Positions 24,475-36,420 are shown, counted from the stretch's first letter. The stretch is DNA of 64,000 nt from Eutreptiella sp. 'Long Island Sound 2002' (GCA_964036045.1 OZ038378.1:30132001-30196000), one strand, 5' to 3'. Program-made: numbers and translations. Notes: generated by a model not told the origin, from the sequence alone.

Positions 24475-25353
24475 TCATGTGTATCTTCTTTCGCATGGGG
24501 GTGTGTTCAGCAGCGTGTAGAGGAACCGCACAGCGTCCCCGGGTACCGGGTCCGCCTGTCTGAAGAGCGTTCTTTGGAACAATCGCAAGAGGTCCGCTCG
24601 GCCTGCCAGCCACACATGCATGCAATCTCCAGTTCTGCTTACCGAGGAGGGCACCGCTCTGTGCCCTTCTGCCGTCGGACAGTGGAGGATCGCCTCCCAC
24701 TGGAACGGGTGCCACTTGCCTGCACTTTTGGGTCGCCACTGGACCTGCATGTTCGCCAGAGCCTGGGTCTTCAGGGTCCAGTTGATCTGGACCATCACCG
24801 AGTAGAGCTCCTGATTGCTCATCAGCAGTGGTTCCCCATGGTTGTCCACAATCTCACAGTGCATCCTGGTGCCATGTGGTTGGTCCAGTCGGAGCCAGAT
24901 CTGCTGGTTGCGGGCCCAGGCCATTGTGGTCAGCTCTGCTTCAACTGCTTGCAGTCCTTCGTTCGCAATGGCGTCCATCTAACTCAGTGCTTGCACCTTG
25001 AAACGCTGGCGTTCTTGCTGAGGCTTGACCTTCTTTGGGGTTGGCTGGATGTGTGTGTATGGGCCATACCGCTGCTGGTGAGATCCCTTCTCCTGCTGTG
25101 TCCTCCCAGATGGCATAACGCCTGGGTGCCTGTCCGCGACAGGACGCGGCGTTCAGCTGCTTGGAGTTCTCCTTTGCGTGTTGCTGCTCACTGCGACAGA
25201 ACACAGCTCATGTGATGCATACTCTTCTGCGACAAAACGCAGTTCATGTGTTGCAAACTCTGCGTCAGAACACAGATTTTTCAGACATGCATTGTTGTGC
25301 TTGGTGCCTGTGAGATGTCTGCACCATTGTGCAAGGGCTACTGGCTCTGTCAT
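24475..25353 (-). pseudogene. Putative extra ORF downstream of the LINE RNase H, function unknown, interrupted
   Basis: The ATG at 25353-25351 overlaps the RNase H stop (TAATG). Pieces 25153-25353 and 24475-24978 read as protein-like sequence on the element strand. No recognisable motif. Confidence 0.45.
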
Positions 25354-26342
25354 TATCGACCCTGTCCTGGGTTCCTGCGCTTCCTGAGCCTTCGCTTCTT
25401 GCGCTGTCGCCTGGTGTCACTCACATCAGTGCTGAAGGACAGTGTGTCTGCTGCTGACAGTGCACTCGACAACACTCCCTGGTGTGTGTGTCCTGTCCTC
25501 ATTTCCTCTCTTTCTGTACTGCTTGAGGAGTACGGTCCCATCTCACGTGGCGCTGGCTCCCCGGATGCTTCCCCTGTCAGCTCATCACTGTCCATGGGTA
25601 CCATACCCAAGGATGACCAGAGTGCCCTTGTGCCCTCTGACTCTGATCCCGACCCTCCCCTCAAACCTACCGTGGACTCTGACCTTGATGATGATTTTGG
25701 TGCAACATGCTGTGACCACAGTGGGCTTGAACACATGCCTTCCATGGCCAATCCATTCGCCATATCATTTCCCTGCACGTTGACATGTGCTGGGACATGT
25801 TCCCACCTGACTTCTCTTCCCGGCGTCGCCATTTCCTGGAGCAGCAATTCCCAGACTGGGACGTGGACTTGCAGTTTTCCAGATGTGGTTGTCCATCCCT
25901 TTGACTTCCAGTGTTGGGCCCTGCCAGTCGCTCCCAGATGCAGGTATTGCGAGTCGGTGAGGATTGCCAGTTTTGGCACCCAGAATCCCTGTAAGGCTTC
26001 CACGGCTGCCCAAAGCTCTGCTCCGTTGTTTGTTTGCCTGTGATGTGTTGGTACGTAGCCACAGAAGCGCACCTCCGGTCCTTGGTCGTCTTCCGCCGCG
26101 AACACGCCAAATCCCCCGGCCCTGCGCATGTCCTTGTGGCTTAGTCGCTTCGACGATCCATCAGTGTACACTATCCTGTAGCCCTTCTCCACCAGTTCTG
26201 CAATCAGATCTTGCACTCCTTGTAGCACTCCCGGGCCTGCCTGCCTCGGGCGCTTCGGACATGGTTCCATGCCTTTGCCAACTATGATTGTCGGCTGATT
26301 TTTCTTGGGTGAAGCACTCCGTGTGTGTTTGCCACCATGCAT
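25353..26342 (-). CDS. RNase HI domain of family A ORF2 (frameshifted relative to the RT)
   Basis: VYTDGSS, QTNNGAELWA, LTDSQY, WKSKGW, VPAHVNVQGNDMANGLA. Confidence 0.88.
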   Translation of the reverse strand: MHGGKHTRSASPKKNQPTIIVGKGMEPCPKRPRQAGPGVLQGVQDLIAELVEKGYRIVYTDGSSKRLSHKDMRRAGGFGVFAAEDDQGPEVRFCGYVPTHHRQTNNGAELWAAVEALQGFWVPKLAILTDSQYLHLGATGRAQHWKSKGWTTTSGKLQVHVPVWELLLQEMATPGREVRWEHVPAHVNVQGNDMANGLAMEGMCSSPLWSQHVAPKSSSRSESTVGLRGGSGSESEGTRALWSSLGMVPMDSDELTGEASGEPAPREMGPYSSSSTEREEMRTGHTHQGVLSSALSAADTLSFSTDVSDTRRQRKKRRLRKRRNPGQGR

Positions 26343-28245
26343 TCAGTCCCCCATGTACTTGCATTTCCCCTTGTCGCGGCTGCACTCCGGTGTCTCGAAG
26401 TTGTTCCAGTGATTTTTGAAAGCCTTTCCATTGTTCCCTGCGCTCCCCTGTGTAAAATCCCACCCACTCACATAGCTCCCTTAGCCATGTTGTAAGGTAT
26501 GACGTGAACACCGGCGACGCTCCTGCCTTGACTTCGCATCGATATCGCCAGTGGGCACTTCTTGCTGACCACATCGCCCAGCCTTGGTCCTTTTTCAGCA
26601 ACCATTCTTGGTCGTCGGACTCCATCATATCACGAACTGTGGATGTCCCGTTATCAGTTGCCACCTGGCCATAGTAATGCTGTATTACCGCCGCCGCCGC
26701 TTTGAACATGGGGCACTCGACCATCGCGTGTTTAACTGTCTCCTTTTGTGAGCACACCGGGCACTTGTCAGTGCCTGACCTCTTGTAGACTCTTGCATGT
26801 ACGGTCAGTTTGTGCCACAGCGCCTTTCGCGCAAAGTCTTGAACCCTTGGTGGTAGCTGTGCCTGTGCCAACTGTTCCCATACCTCCGGTGTTTGCGGGT
26901 CGCGGACCCCTGGCTGAGAGGCGTAGAACTGGAGCAGCCATGCCCTGGTCCAGTTTTGGGTATGGACTGCGGGGGTATCAAACCCCCCTTGTGACGGGAC
27001 TTTGTTGAGGAGTCGTCCGCCATGATTGTAGACCCCTTTCCATGTCCGAGGCAGTGCATTGAACAATCTTGTGTCCTCCAAGGTTTGGAATTGACCCCAC
27101 GTCAGCAACCCCTGCCGGATCAATTTCGTGTTGTAGTAAGAGCAGCGGAACTCATTTCGGAAATACACAGAGTGCCACAACGGCAGGCGGTCCCGGTTTG
27201 CCGGGGGGGCCACCTGCGGGGCCACTCGCTGAATGTTGGAGTGTGCCTTCGCCGACCATCCCAGAAATGTGAGATCTGCCGTTCGGACCATGCCCAGTTG
27301 AATATATGGAAGGTTGTCCTTGGATGGTGTGAACCCTATGGCTGTTGCCCATGCATAGAAGGTCTCCACTGCCTTGTCAGGGAATTTGTGAGGCTCTCCC
27401 AACAGGCTGACGAACGGAGCCGCTGCCTGGTGCATAAGATACAGTTCTGGTTCTGGTAGTGCCAGTCCCCCTTGCGTTCTTGGTCGTGAGAGGATTGGTA
27501 AGGTGATTCCCCAGCTGTTGGTACCCATAGTCACGTGATACACCAACTTCAGTTGTCTAATCACCGAGACTAGGGCGTAATATGCCTTGGATACCCATGC
27601 CACGACCGGCAGAATCCATGATGTCAGCATGAATGCACGTTCGTTCATGGACAGTTGCAGCGTGGATACCACCCTAGCGCGACGGAAGGCCTCCTGCAGT
27701 GCTGGTGCGAAGGCCTGCTCTATCGTCAGCCCCCATCCTTGGTCGTCTTGTTGGTGCCGAATATTCCCCAAGCGTACACCCAGATACTTGACGAAGTTTT
27801 TGACGTCCACTCCAATGTCCCGAAAGCACCTCGCCCACTCCATTCCCCCACAGTTGCGAACTATCGCTGCCGTTTTGTTCAGGTTGACCTTCAACCCCGA
27901 AAACTGTCCAAAACGTGAAACCACTTCCCATACCCTTCTCAACAGCTGTGGGTTGGCTCTTCCATCAAAGAAAATGATGAGGTCGTCTGCATACATCATG
28001 ACAGTCAGTACTGGACCCAGGTCTTGTAGTGGGAAAATCACGAAGGATGCCACCAGGGAGAACAGCGCCGGGGAGAGTGGATCCCCCTGGCGTGTGCCTG
28101 CCCTCGGGTGGTGGTATACACCTGGGACGTATCCTTTTCCAACGGAGTATAGATACGGTGCTCGCAAAAGGTGTAGAATCAGACGGATATACAAGAAAGG
28201 TATGCACATTAGACCCAGAGCTGCCGACACCATCTCGTGAGACAT
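26161..28245 (-). CDS. LINE reverse transcriptase plus zinc finger (694-aa open stretch of a broken ORF2)
   Basis: RT motifs 4, 5 and 7 and the CCHC finger are in one frame. The RT reading continues upstream to about 28405 across a stop at 28303-28305 and a frameshift. Confidence 0.9.
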   Translation of the reverse strand: MSHEMVSAALGLMCIPFLYIRLILHLLRAPYLYSVGKGYVPGVYHHPRAGTRQGDPLSPALFSLVASFVIFPLQDLGPVLTVMMYADDLIIFFDGRANPQLLRRVWEVVSRFGQFSGLKVNLNKTAAIVRNCGGMEWARCFRDIGVDVKNFVKYLGVRLGNIRHQQDDQGWGLTIEQAFAPALQEAFRRARVVSTLQLSMNERAFMLTSWILPVVAWVSKAYYALVSVIRQLKLVYHVTMGTNSWGITLPILSRPRTQGGLALPEPELYLMHQAAAPFVSLLGEPHKFPDKAVETFYAWATAIGFTPSKDNLPYIQLGMVRTADLTFLGWSAKAHSNIQRVAPQVAPPANRDRLPLWHSVYFRNEFRCSYYNTKLIRQGLLTWGQFQTLEDTRLFNALPRTWKGVYNHGGRLLNKVPSQGGFDTPAVHTQNWTRAWLLQFYASQPGVRDPQTPEVWEQLAQAQLPPRVQDFARKALWHKLTVHARVYKRSGTDKCPVCSQKETVKHAMVECPMFKAAAAVIQHYYGQVATDNGTSTVRDMMESDDQEWLLKKDQGWAMWSARSAHWRYRCEVKAGASPVFTSYLTTWLRELCEWVGFYTGERREQWKGFQKSLEQLRDTGVQPRQGEMQVHGGLNAWWQTHTECFTQEKSADNHSWQRHGTMSEAPEAGRPGSATRSARSDCRTGGEGLQDSVH

Positions 28246-28404
28246 CGTGGGGAAAGCATTTCTGAAGTCTACTGATAACGCCGCTCCTTCACTTAAGCCA
28301 TCCTAGAGTGCCCGTGACCCATAGACATGCTGGAGTATGCTTCTGTGTCGAAGGAAACCTGTTTGCTGTGACGGAATACAGTGGAGGAGTACATCCTCTA
28401 ACTG

Positions 28405-28530
28405 GAGGCTGTAGGGGGGGGGGGGGGGCAAGGGAGGGAGGGGGACCTCCCCCCCCCTTGGTTGATCCAAACCTTGGGGGTCGGCAGGTCGGGCAGTCAG
28501 CCGCCGGGCTCCCCGGGGGGGTACCCCAAC
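28405..28530. repeat. Dispersed repeat family E, G-tract/C-tract segment truncating the LINE 5' end
   Basis: GGCTGTAGGGGGG...CCCCCCCTTGGTTGATCCAAACC is shared with 38187-38264. Confidence 0.65.
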
Positions 28531-29310
28531 ATACATATTTCAAAATGATCCCCATGACGCGCTGATCATTTTGAACATACACAATTGGGATGAAAAAAGA
28601 TTTTCAAAAATTGGGGGGGAATGGGGGAAAATGGGTATGTATGTAATTGTGAGAAATTGCCAAAATAAAGTCAAGGAAATGTAGGGAAATTGGTTGGAAA
28701 ATTGGGAGGAAAAAAGGAGAAAAACGGCACAATTTGGGACAAATTCCCCATTTTTCTCAATCCCATTTTTCTCAGTTTTCCACTTGCAACCTTTCCCTTG
28801 CGTTCCTTTGATGAATTTTGCTAGCCGAAGTAGCCGACTAGAAAGATGGCAAATTTTGACTAGCCAGCACTAGCCGATTTTCAGGTACCGCGGTGCCTTG
28901 AATCTTGGCCGTTTGCTGTCGCGGATATCACCACTGCATCCCCTGCTTCGTGGTGGTTCTAACCCAAGTTCTAACCAGCCGCAGCTGCATAAAAAGGGCT
29001 GGTTCTCTATGGGCCTATTGTCACCATGAGTGGACGGTCTCCTCCACTCTGAAGACCTCATCCCAGGGTGTTGATGGTTGCAGCTGCCCACACCCCGTGC
29101 CAAGGAGGCTGTTTGCTTGTGATAGAAACGGGGCCACAACTCTCATGGCCCATAGAAAAGAGATGCACCAAACACCATCAAAGGATTGTGCCTACACTAT
29201 ACGCAAGACAATGTATGGGAATGCACATTGAACGACCTTTTTGCAAATCATAGTGATACATTGCCTTCAAGCCACGGACAACTCACTGAATCGTTGACAT
29301 GGTGGCTTAA

Positions 29311-30047
29311 GGGGGAGTCCTTGCACTGCGTGCTGCGTGCTACTGCTAGAGCCCCCCCCCCCCCCCCCCGCCCTAGAGAGGGCTGCCATCTCCCACATCA
29401 CTGGGGACAGGATGCCAGGAGGGAATTCTGGAGATGGCGTGGGTGAGTCGAGACTGGGGATACCAAAGGAGATGGAGTCCATGGGGCCTCAATGATTGAC
29501 AACCCGCGCACCATCTTGATGATACTCCAACTCAACATATCCCTCATTACAATGGCCCGCCACCTTTGCAGGAACTCAAAGCACAGTCGCCCTAGTGTAG
29601 AACAACTTGTCCCCAATGGTCAACTCCATAACCCGTAGCAAAAGAGGTCTGAGGATATGAGGGGGCCCCCAACAAGGGTATGTGCATGGCTACAATGGCA
29701 GCATGGACTTGTGCATCACCACCTAACAATGGAACCAAGTCAGTCCGACAAACAGACGAAATCTCATCGGTGTCAGGCTTTGCCTTTCCCTTGGCAACCG
29801 GAAATCAACCTAGAAAGGAGAACATGCGGGGAAATGCGCAAAAAATGTGTAAAAAGGGGGTGAAAATGGATGAAAATGGATGAAACTGGGTGAAACCCAA
29901 ATATGCCATATGCTCGATGCAAGAAGAAGCATCAAAAGCTTGTTGTCAAACAACAATGATGCTCCTAGTATCACGTAATATGGGTTTCTAGTACAGCCAA
30001 ACACCCAAATAGTTGCACTGCACACGCACTGCGTTAAGGGCACCACC
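29311..30047. mobile_element. Non-autonomous PIF/Harbinger-like element (737 bp), TSD TAA
   Basis: TAA at 29308-29310 and 30048-30050. The left end GGGGGAGTCCTTGCACTGCG and the right ~90 bp (CTAGTA...CCCAAATAGTTGCACTGC...) are homologous to the 16878 and 49960 copies. Confidence 0.87.
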
Positions 30048-31613
30048 TAAGGCACAATGTGGTCGGTAGCAAGAGGCTGGATGCCCCCGCCTAGGCACTT
30101 CCAGCTAATTTTCTCGGCATTAAAATGACTCGACATAGCAACACACAAATGTACTGCTAAGTACAAAAGGACTAGCAAAACCAAGAGAGGCACTTGTCAG
30201 CCCTATCATGACCTGTCGTGACCCATAGAAGCTAATGCATGCACCTGTTTACTCACTTTGCGTGCTCCACTGTGATGGGGCAGGCAGATTAGTGGCTTAA
30301 AGGGCGGAGGGGGGGGTTCGTTGGAGTTGTGTGTGCCAGAAATAGACGTGTCCAGATTTGGTTTTGAGAGACAGAACGGCGTGAGAGAGAAGACAAAGAA
30401 TAAAGAATAGCATGGCAGGGGAGACCGTTTGTAAACGAGATGGGTCGCGACACTCACAACCTGAATAATTCTGAATTTATTGACATGTGAGCCGTTGAGA
30501 CAAAGGGAGACAATGCCTTAAAATGAGCAATTTTTGTGCACACACAGGCATCTATTATGCCCAAGGACCCCGTCCAATTGTGCCCCCAAAGCATGTCTTA
30601 CCCATACACACAAATAGCAGCACCAAACTGTTGTGTGCCAGATTTTGAGGCTTTCAACTTGGGATGGTGGTGGTGGGGGGGGGGGGGAGTACAATCATCA
30701 TTCGCACTACAAATTTTTCAGAGGTAGGACCGTCAACGGCTTCAGCAAGTGTTGCTCGTGCTGAGGGATTGTTCAAAATGAAATTTAGCTCTACAACCAA
30801 CAATGGTGATACAGGAAGGAATGCATTTTAAAATAGAGCATAGGGCATTGGGTGCGGTATTGCTAGATCCCAATTTTCCAGCTGCAAGAGTCAGTCGGCA
30901 AAAGAGCTCTGCACCTCTTGTGTCGAGCTACAGGCTATCCAGCATTGTTGGGTGAACTTATTGTTGGGGTGCTGATCAAAGGCAAGTGTTAGCTGAGATA
31001 AATCTGCCAATTGGAAATGGTCTCTGGTTCATGTGCTGTGTCTTGCCATTGGGTGGTTCACTCACAATCAGCTTCACGTGTCAGCTGTCGTTGCTTGGCT
31101 ATGGCCAGCATATATGATGGGATACACTACACCCGCAAATCCCCGTATGTGCCCATTAGAAATTGCCCCACCACATTGTCTCACCCAGGTTGAACAATGC
31201 TCGCCCATGGCAGTCCTTTGGTATCTTTGGCACTCCATGGAATGTTGCCTTCTTGCAACTCTCATTGCACGTTATGTTGCTGAGGGTTTTGTCTTCCAAA
31301 TCCCTTTGTGTGTGTGTTGGCACACGCTTTACGCCGAAGACAAATTTAAAGCATGTGCAAATTGCAAGGTTCTACTCCTCAATTGCTACAGAACAGGTGA
31401 ACTATGACTTCGTTGTGTGTGGCGCCCATTCATTTCCACAACAATCATAGCGTTCGCTCCAGTACATCACCACTGTATGGCAATGTTTGCAACGCAGCAA
31501 TATTCGGTTTTCCGCCCCTTGCGACCTTTCCTCCCTCTCAGCACGACATGAAGACAGTCATCATGTGCCTACCGCACCCTTCATCCCCGCATGCCCATGC
31601 ACCCGACCCTCGT

Positions 31614-31655
31614 TGTGTGTGTGTGTGTGTGTATGTGTGTGTGTGTGTGTGTGTG
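31614..31655. repeat. (GT)n microsatellite at the 3' end of a family A LINE
   Basis: About 20 GT units with one interruption. Confidence 0.95.
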
Positions 31656-31656
31656 C

Positions 31657-34600
31657 CAATTGCCCCGCAACGGGGGTGATTCACTCCAATTCACTTCATG
31701 CCTGTGGCAGTTCTTGAGGTGACTTTGTACACACTTTGATTATACAAAGGGGCCAGTTCGTGGGTCACATCAATACACTGTGTCTCGGCAGCCTGTCTGA
31801 CTCTAGTCCGGCTCGGGGTCCGGAATGTCCATCGGCACATTGCGCATTTGCCGCCGTCTGTGGCGGATAACAAGAGGCCTGTCACTGCCCGAGCCACTTT
31901 CTGATGCCTACACCGTTGCCTACCGTTTAACCCCTCGTGTTCTCATGTGCTTCTGCCTCCTTGCTCTCGGTTCTCCCTTTGCTGGCCCTCTCGGCCGTGA
32001 TGCCCTATGTACCATGGACCTTGCTGCCCCAGCCTTGCCCAGGCCATCTGCAGCGTCGTTATATACCAGCTTACTGTGACCATACACATGTGTCATGGAC
32101 ACTGGCGCTGTCCTACCCCGTAGTAATTGGAAATTTTCCTCCCAAACATCTTGGTGCCCGACTGGCTTCTTACCCTGTGTTATCCATGCGTGCCTCGTAT
32201 ATAACTGCAGATTGTCAAAAATATCTACACACCACTTGGAGTCACTATACAAACATAGCTCTTGGGTTGTGCGCAGTGCGCGGATTCCTGCTCTGACTGC
32301 CGATACCTCTGCCCTGTTATTGGTCTGTGGTCCCACTACAGGTTCGCTGATGTTATCACATTCGGCATGAAGGAAGTATACCACGTACCCCGCCAGCCCT
32401 CTGATCTCGGACCCGTCTGTCCAAGCATGAACCTTCGTGGAGTCCAGGAGAAAATCTAGCACTAACTCTGCATCGGACATGTCCTATACGAAGTCACTGA
32501 GACCCTCTGTATCAAATGTGCTTTCATGTGTGTGTGTGTGCACGTGCCACTCGCCTTTGACTGGCCGTCGTCATCCGGTGTGGCCATATGTGTGCACACT
32601 GGCGACCATTGCTCCATTGGCTCTTCCCCTCCCAAACCGGATTGCGTCCGCTCCATGTAGTCGGCCTCATTTTCATTTGATGTAGCCATATGGGTGCACG
32701 ATGGCGACCATTGCCCACATTCCGTCAGCTCCATATTTTCTTGTTTGTACACGTCAGTCTTACCCATTCGCTCATCGCTTCCTGCCCGCTCTGCTGCCAC
32801 CCCTATGGGCAGCTGGTGATTTGTCGCCGTGACCGCTGAAGCCCACTGCTCCGGTTCTTGCGACACCTGAGCCCTGGCGCCCCTTTGTGTCCGCCGCCTT
32901 TTGCGCTTGCGCTGTCAAGCATTCTCTTGTCTTCTCTTCTTGGTACGCCTCTCTTGTGCCTCTTGCTGCCCCACTGCCGCTACTGCTCTTCTCAAAGCTT
33001 TGGACTTGGCCTTATTCACTGCTGGGTCCTCCCACAACATATGTTGTCTATGCTAACAAAACCATATCGAGAGTCTCTGTGCCGTTTGGGATGCCTCATG
33101 TCGCTCCGTGTTGCCGAACCATGCTCTTGCCTCCGAGAAGGTGACTCCCAACGACATCACGACGCTCAAAGTACCCACGTCCATGCCCCGCACTGCCGTT
33201 TGGCACCTTAATGTCCATAGCCGATGGAGTCCCCACCAAACGCACAGGCCTCTGGGATTTGTCCGCGCTATGATGGGGTCGTCGGAGACCCAGCGTTCCA
33301 CGTCCGCACCTGCCACCACCGGCGTGGCCACTTCTCTGCATACCACATGCAGTAGCCACACCATAGGACAACTCTTCAAAAAATGGTACACGGTCTTTTC
33401 CGCTCTGCACCATACACATGTGTCCTCTATGTACTTGACCAACTTCACCTGTTGACGAACTTGGAGCTTCTTCCGTAGTACTTTGTAAATGAACTCGTGT
33501 GTCATGGTTGGGAGGTGGGTTTTCCATAGGGCTAGCCGGACAGCTGCGTCATGCCTGTCTGTGGGCGCCATTTCTGCAAACGTCGTCTCTACTTTTCTTG
33601 GACATACTGGTCGTGAGAAGGCACTCGCTACACACAATCCTCCGTCAGAATAACTGTACCTTTCGGTGTGGCGATGTCCATGTTGGACACCCGTCATGTT
33701 GTCGTGCCTCTGTCCCCGGACATTGCAACGCATACGCGAAATAGACCCCCGCTCCATGGGCTCCACCCCCAAGCTCTGAAGCACCAATGCCCTCACTTGT
33801 GCCACAAGGAGCCACGGCTCTAGCTCCGTCACATAAATGATGTCCATTCCCCCAACAAACGATGATGAGCTGTGAAACGTTGGGTCATCGCCTTCTGCAT
33901 CTCCCAGCGGGGTTCGGACCCTGGTGCTCTAGATGAGCAGCTCCAGTTGATGCGCCATTACCACAATACAGGACTCCATGATGTCCGCATTGTGCTGCCC
34001 ATTGACACCCAAATGCAGTTTGTTGCTTCCCCTATACACAACAACAGCCCAATCCATATGCAGATGTGTCATCATGCCCGGAGTCGCGGACCACAGTCGT
34101 GCCACCGTGGCGTCTTTAGCCTCACGTGCCGCCAAAGCGTCATATGAGAATTCATGTGCAACAGTGCTGTTCGCAGCCCACTCCTCAAGAGACATCATAG
34201 CAAAGTACAGAGTTGCCGTGTGCTTGGGGATGTTCGTTGCTAGAAGGTCCGGAGTTGTCTCCAAAAAGAAATCAACCGCCCCCGGAACGAATCCTTCCAT
34301 AGCCCTTCATCACCACACCACTTTTAGCGATGTTGAGGAGGATCCCAGAAAAGTTGCCAAAAACTTTCTTAAGCTCCAGATTGTCTCCTAGAGTGCCTGC
34401 TAGTTGCTTGCCTGTGACTAAGACACAAAGGTCATCTGCATACATGAAGGCCTGTGGACGCCCCCGGCTGTCAAAGCCATTCAAGACAAAAGAGACAAAA
34501 AAAAAGAAAACACCGATGGCGAGAACGGATCCCCCCGTTCAATGCTTGATGCTAGTTTGAATACAATTTCCCTCACTACGCACTATCCCACCTAGAAGTG

Positions 34601-34980
34601 GTACGGTGCCCGGAGGGTGGACATGATCAACCTAATGATACACTATGGAAGCTCAATGGGTCTTGGCACAACTGTTATGAAGTCATGGGTGAGTGTAGGA
34701 TAGCCATTCAAGAGTTCGAAGCTTATCAGGGCACCTGCGGTCATTTCTTCATAACTCAACCGGACCCCCGCAGATATGGTGGTCCTTTGTCGTCCTTTGA
34801 CACACCCCGGTTGATTTTTCTGGGTGAGTTGTTGGAAATTTTGCTCAACAGAGAGGCATACGACATTCATTGGCGCTTTTTTCTTCACGTCTTGAAGGGC
34901 AATCGGGAGCAATTTATTGATGGCTATTGGGCCCATGCACTTGGGGATAGAATTTGTGAGACCCAAAGACCAATCTAGGT
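31657..34980 (-). mobile_element. Family A non-LTR retrotransposon, decayed copy (RT, zinc finger, RNase HI, 3' UTR)
   Basis: NQPGCVKGRQ (ORF 34643-34966), GDPFSPSVF (~34510-34540), YADDL (ORF 34272-34484), CVWCRAEKTVYHFLKSC (ORF 33053-33847), RNase H WTDGS/QTNNRAEV/YSDS/HVYGH..YNDAAD (ORF 31920-32480). Confidence 0.88.
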
Positions 34981-34984
34981 AGAT

Positions 34985-35230
34985 TTCCTACACAGAGAAC
35001 TTCTCTTGGGCCAGCTCATACATTCGGGGAACACACAGTTCTAAGTATGTTTTGGCTAAGTCATGGTCGGTAACAGATATTGGATGCCCTCTTTGACGAA
35101 CGTACCGTTTACCTGCATCAGTTCTTTCCATATGATGTGCCATGCTGCCGGGCTGACATCGCCTGGCGTCCATGATAATGTGGGTGCTGAGAGGAGCTCC
35201 TGTTCTTGTGATTTGAAGAAATGTGCCATT
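34985..35230 (-). mobile_element. Family D RT fragment
   Basis: RGHPISVTDHDLAKTY. DNA CATGGTCGGT(A/C)ACAGATA(T/C)TGGATGCCC is shared with about 12567-12595. Confidence 0.45.
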
Positions 35231-35616
35231 TCAGATTCCTATGCAGTGAAAGGGAGGGGTTAAGCCTCACCCCTCGCTTGAACAAAGAGAAACCGAACCT
35301 ATCCCCCAACGCGCCACACAAGGCAGGCGGCTTTGGGAGGTTTGGCCGGTTCCCGAGACCCCAATCTCCTCCCGACACCGGCACAGTATAGTTCGAACAA
35401 CCATCTGACGGGCGGGACAGCACACTGTATAAAGAGGGGCAATGGAGACAAGCTGGGGTTTCTGGAGAAACCTGGGGTTAGCGCAAAAATTGACAGGGGG
35501 GCAATTGAGTGTCCCCACGCGCTTCCCAAATAGGGCTGGCCCACAGCATAGGGAGGGGGGGAGGGCAGTTTGGTGTAGCCCCCCGTCCCAGAAAAATTTG
35601 AACGCCGGGGGCGGGG

Positions 35617-35836
35617 GGGCATGAGGCAACGAATACTGGGCTCGCATATGCCACCGTGTCACAGGCGCATGGTCATCACCACACTCAGTCCAATGTTTTG
35701 TCTTGCTACACTACAGCGCAAACCAGATCAGTGCCGAATGTTGCCTTGCATTCGCCACTTCAGGTGGCTATCGAAAGTTCTCAGGATGTCTGGGTCAGCT
35801 CGCTCCCAGCACCCTCCCACAGCGCCGGTTGGTCTC
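35617..35836 (+). mobile_element. SINE-like short element, diverged copy 3
   Basis: CATGAGGCAACG..ACTGGGCTCGCATATGCC.CCGTGTCACAGGCGCATGGTC start and CCCTCCCACAGCGCCGGTT.GTCTC end are shared with copies 1 and 2. Confidence 0.7.
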
Positions 35837-36079
35837 AAACATCTCGCTCTGTGGGCCTCTCTCTCTCTCTTTGCTTCTTTCTCTTCGCCCTGAACACCGG
35901 GGGGGGGGGGGGGACAATAGCGCAGCCCCCCTCCCGGAAATCTCGCATCAGCAGCTGTAGCACTGCTACATGCGGCTCAGGATCAGACCTGCGGGCACAT
36001 TCCTCCTCCTCCCGTAGTGTGGTTGCCTCCTCCTGTAGCCCACTGTGCCCCTCCCCTCGCTGTCTCCACACGAACAGGA

Positions 36080-36420
36080 GATAGTGCCGCATGTTGCAGC
36101 ACGGTGTTCTCCTTTGCGGCCGCCGCTGCAGCCACATACTGCAGCACATTGGCCTCCTTCACGGTTGCTGTTGCAGCCATACACTGCAACATTGTGTCCT
36201 CTTTCGCGGCTCTCGCTGCAACCGCATGCTGCAGCACATTGGCCCCTATCGCCGTTGATGTTGTTGCCGCATGCTGCACCATTGTTCTCCTTTGCGGTTG
36301 CTACGGTTGTCGCATGCTACTGCATCGTGTTACACTTCGCGGTTGCTGCTATAACCGCATTTGCAGCAGATTGGTGTCCTTCAATGCCGCTCCAATTGCC
36401 GCCGGTGTTGCTCCTGCAGT
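36080..36420 (-). repeat. Degenerate coding-like minisatellite, about 39-bp units (13-aa repeat A.AKE..VLQH.A)
   Basis: ORF 35983-36282 contains ANVLQHAVAARAA, KEDTMLQCMAATA, KEANVLQYVAAAA and KENTVLQHAA. Confidence 0.6.

Larger units (their letters stand above)
24470..28405 (-). mobile_element. Family A non-LTR retrotransposon, best-preserved copy (RT from motif 2a, thumb, zinc finger, RNase HI, downstream ORF); 5'-truncated
   Basis: QQTGFLRHRSI, VDFRNAF, RQGDPLSP, MYADDL, KYLGV, GGLALPEP, CPVCSQKETVKHAMVEC, then RNase H in a shifted frame. Confidence 0.93.
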
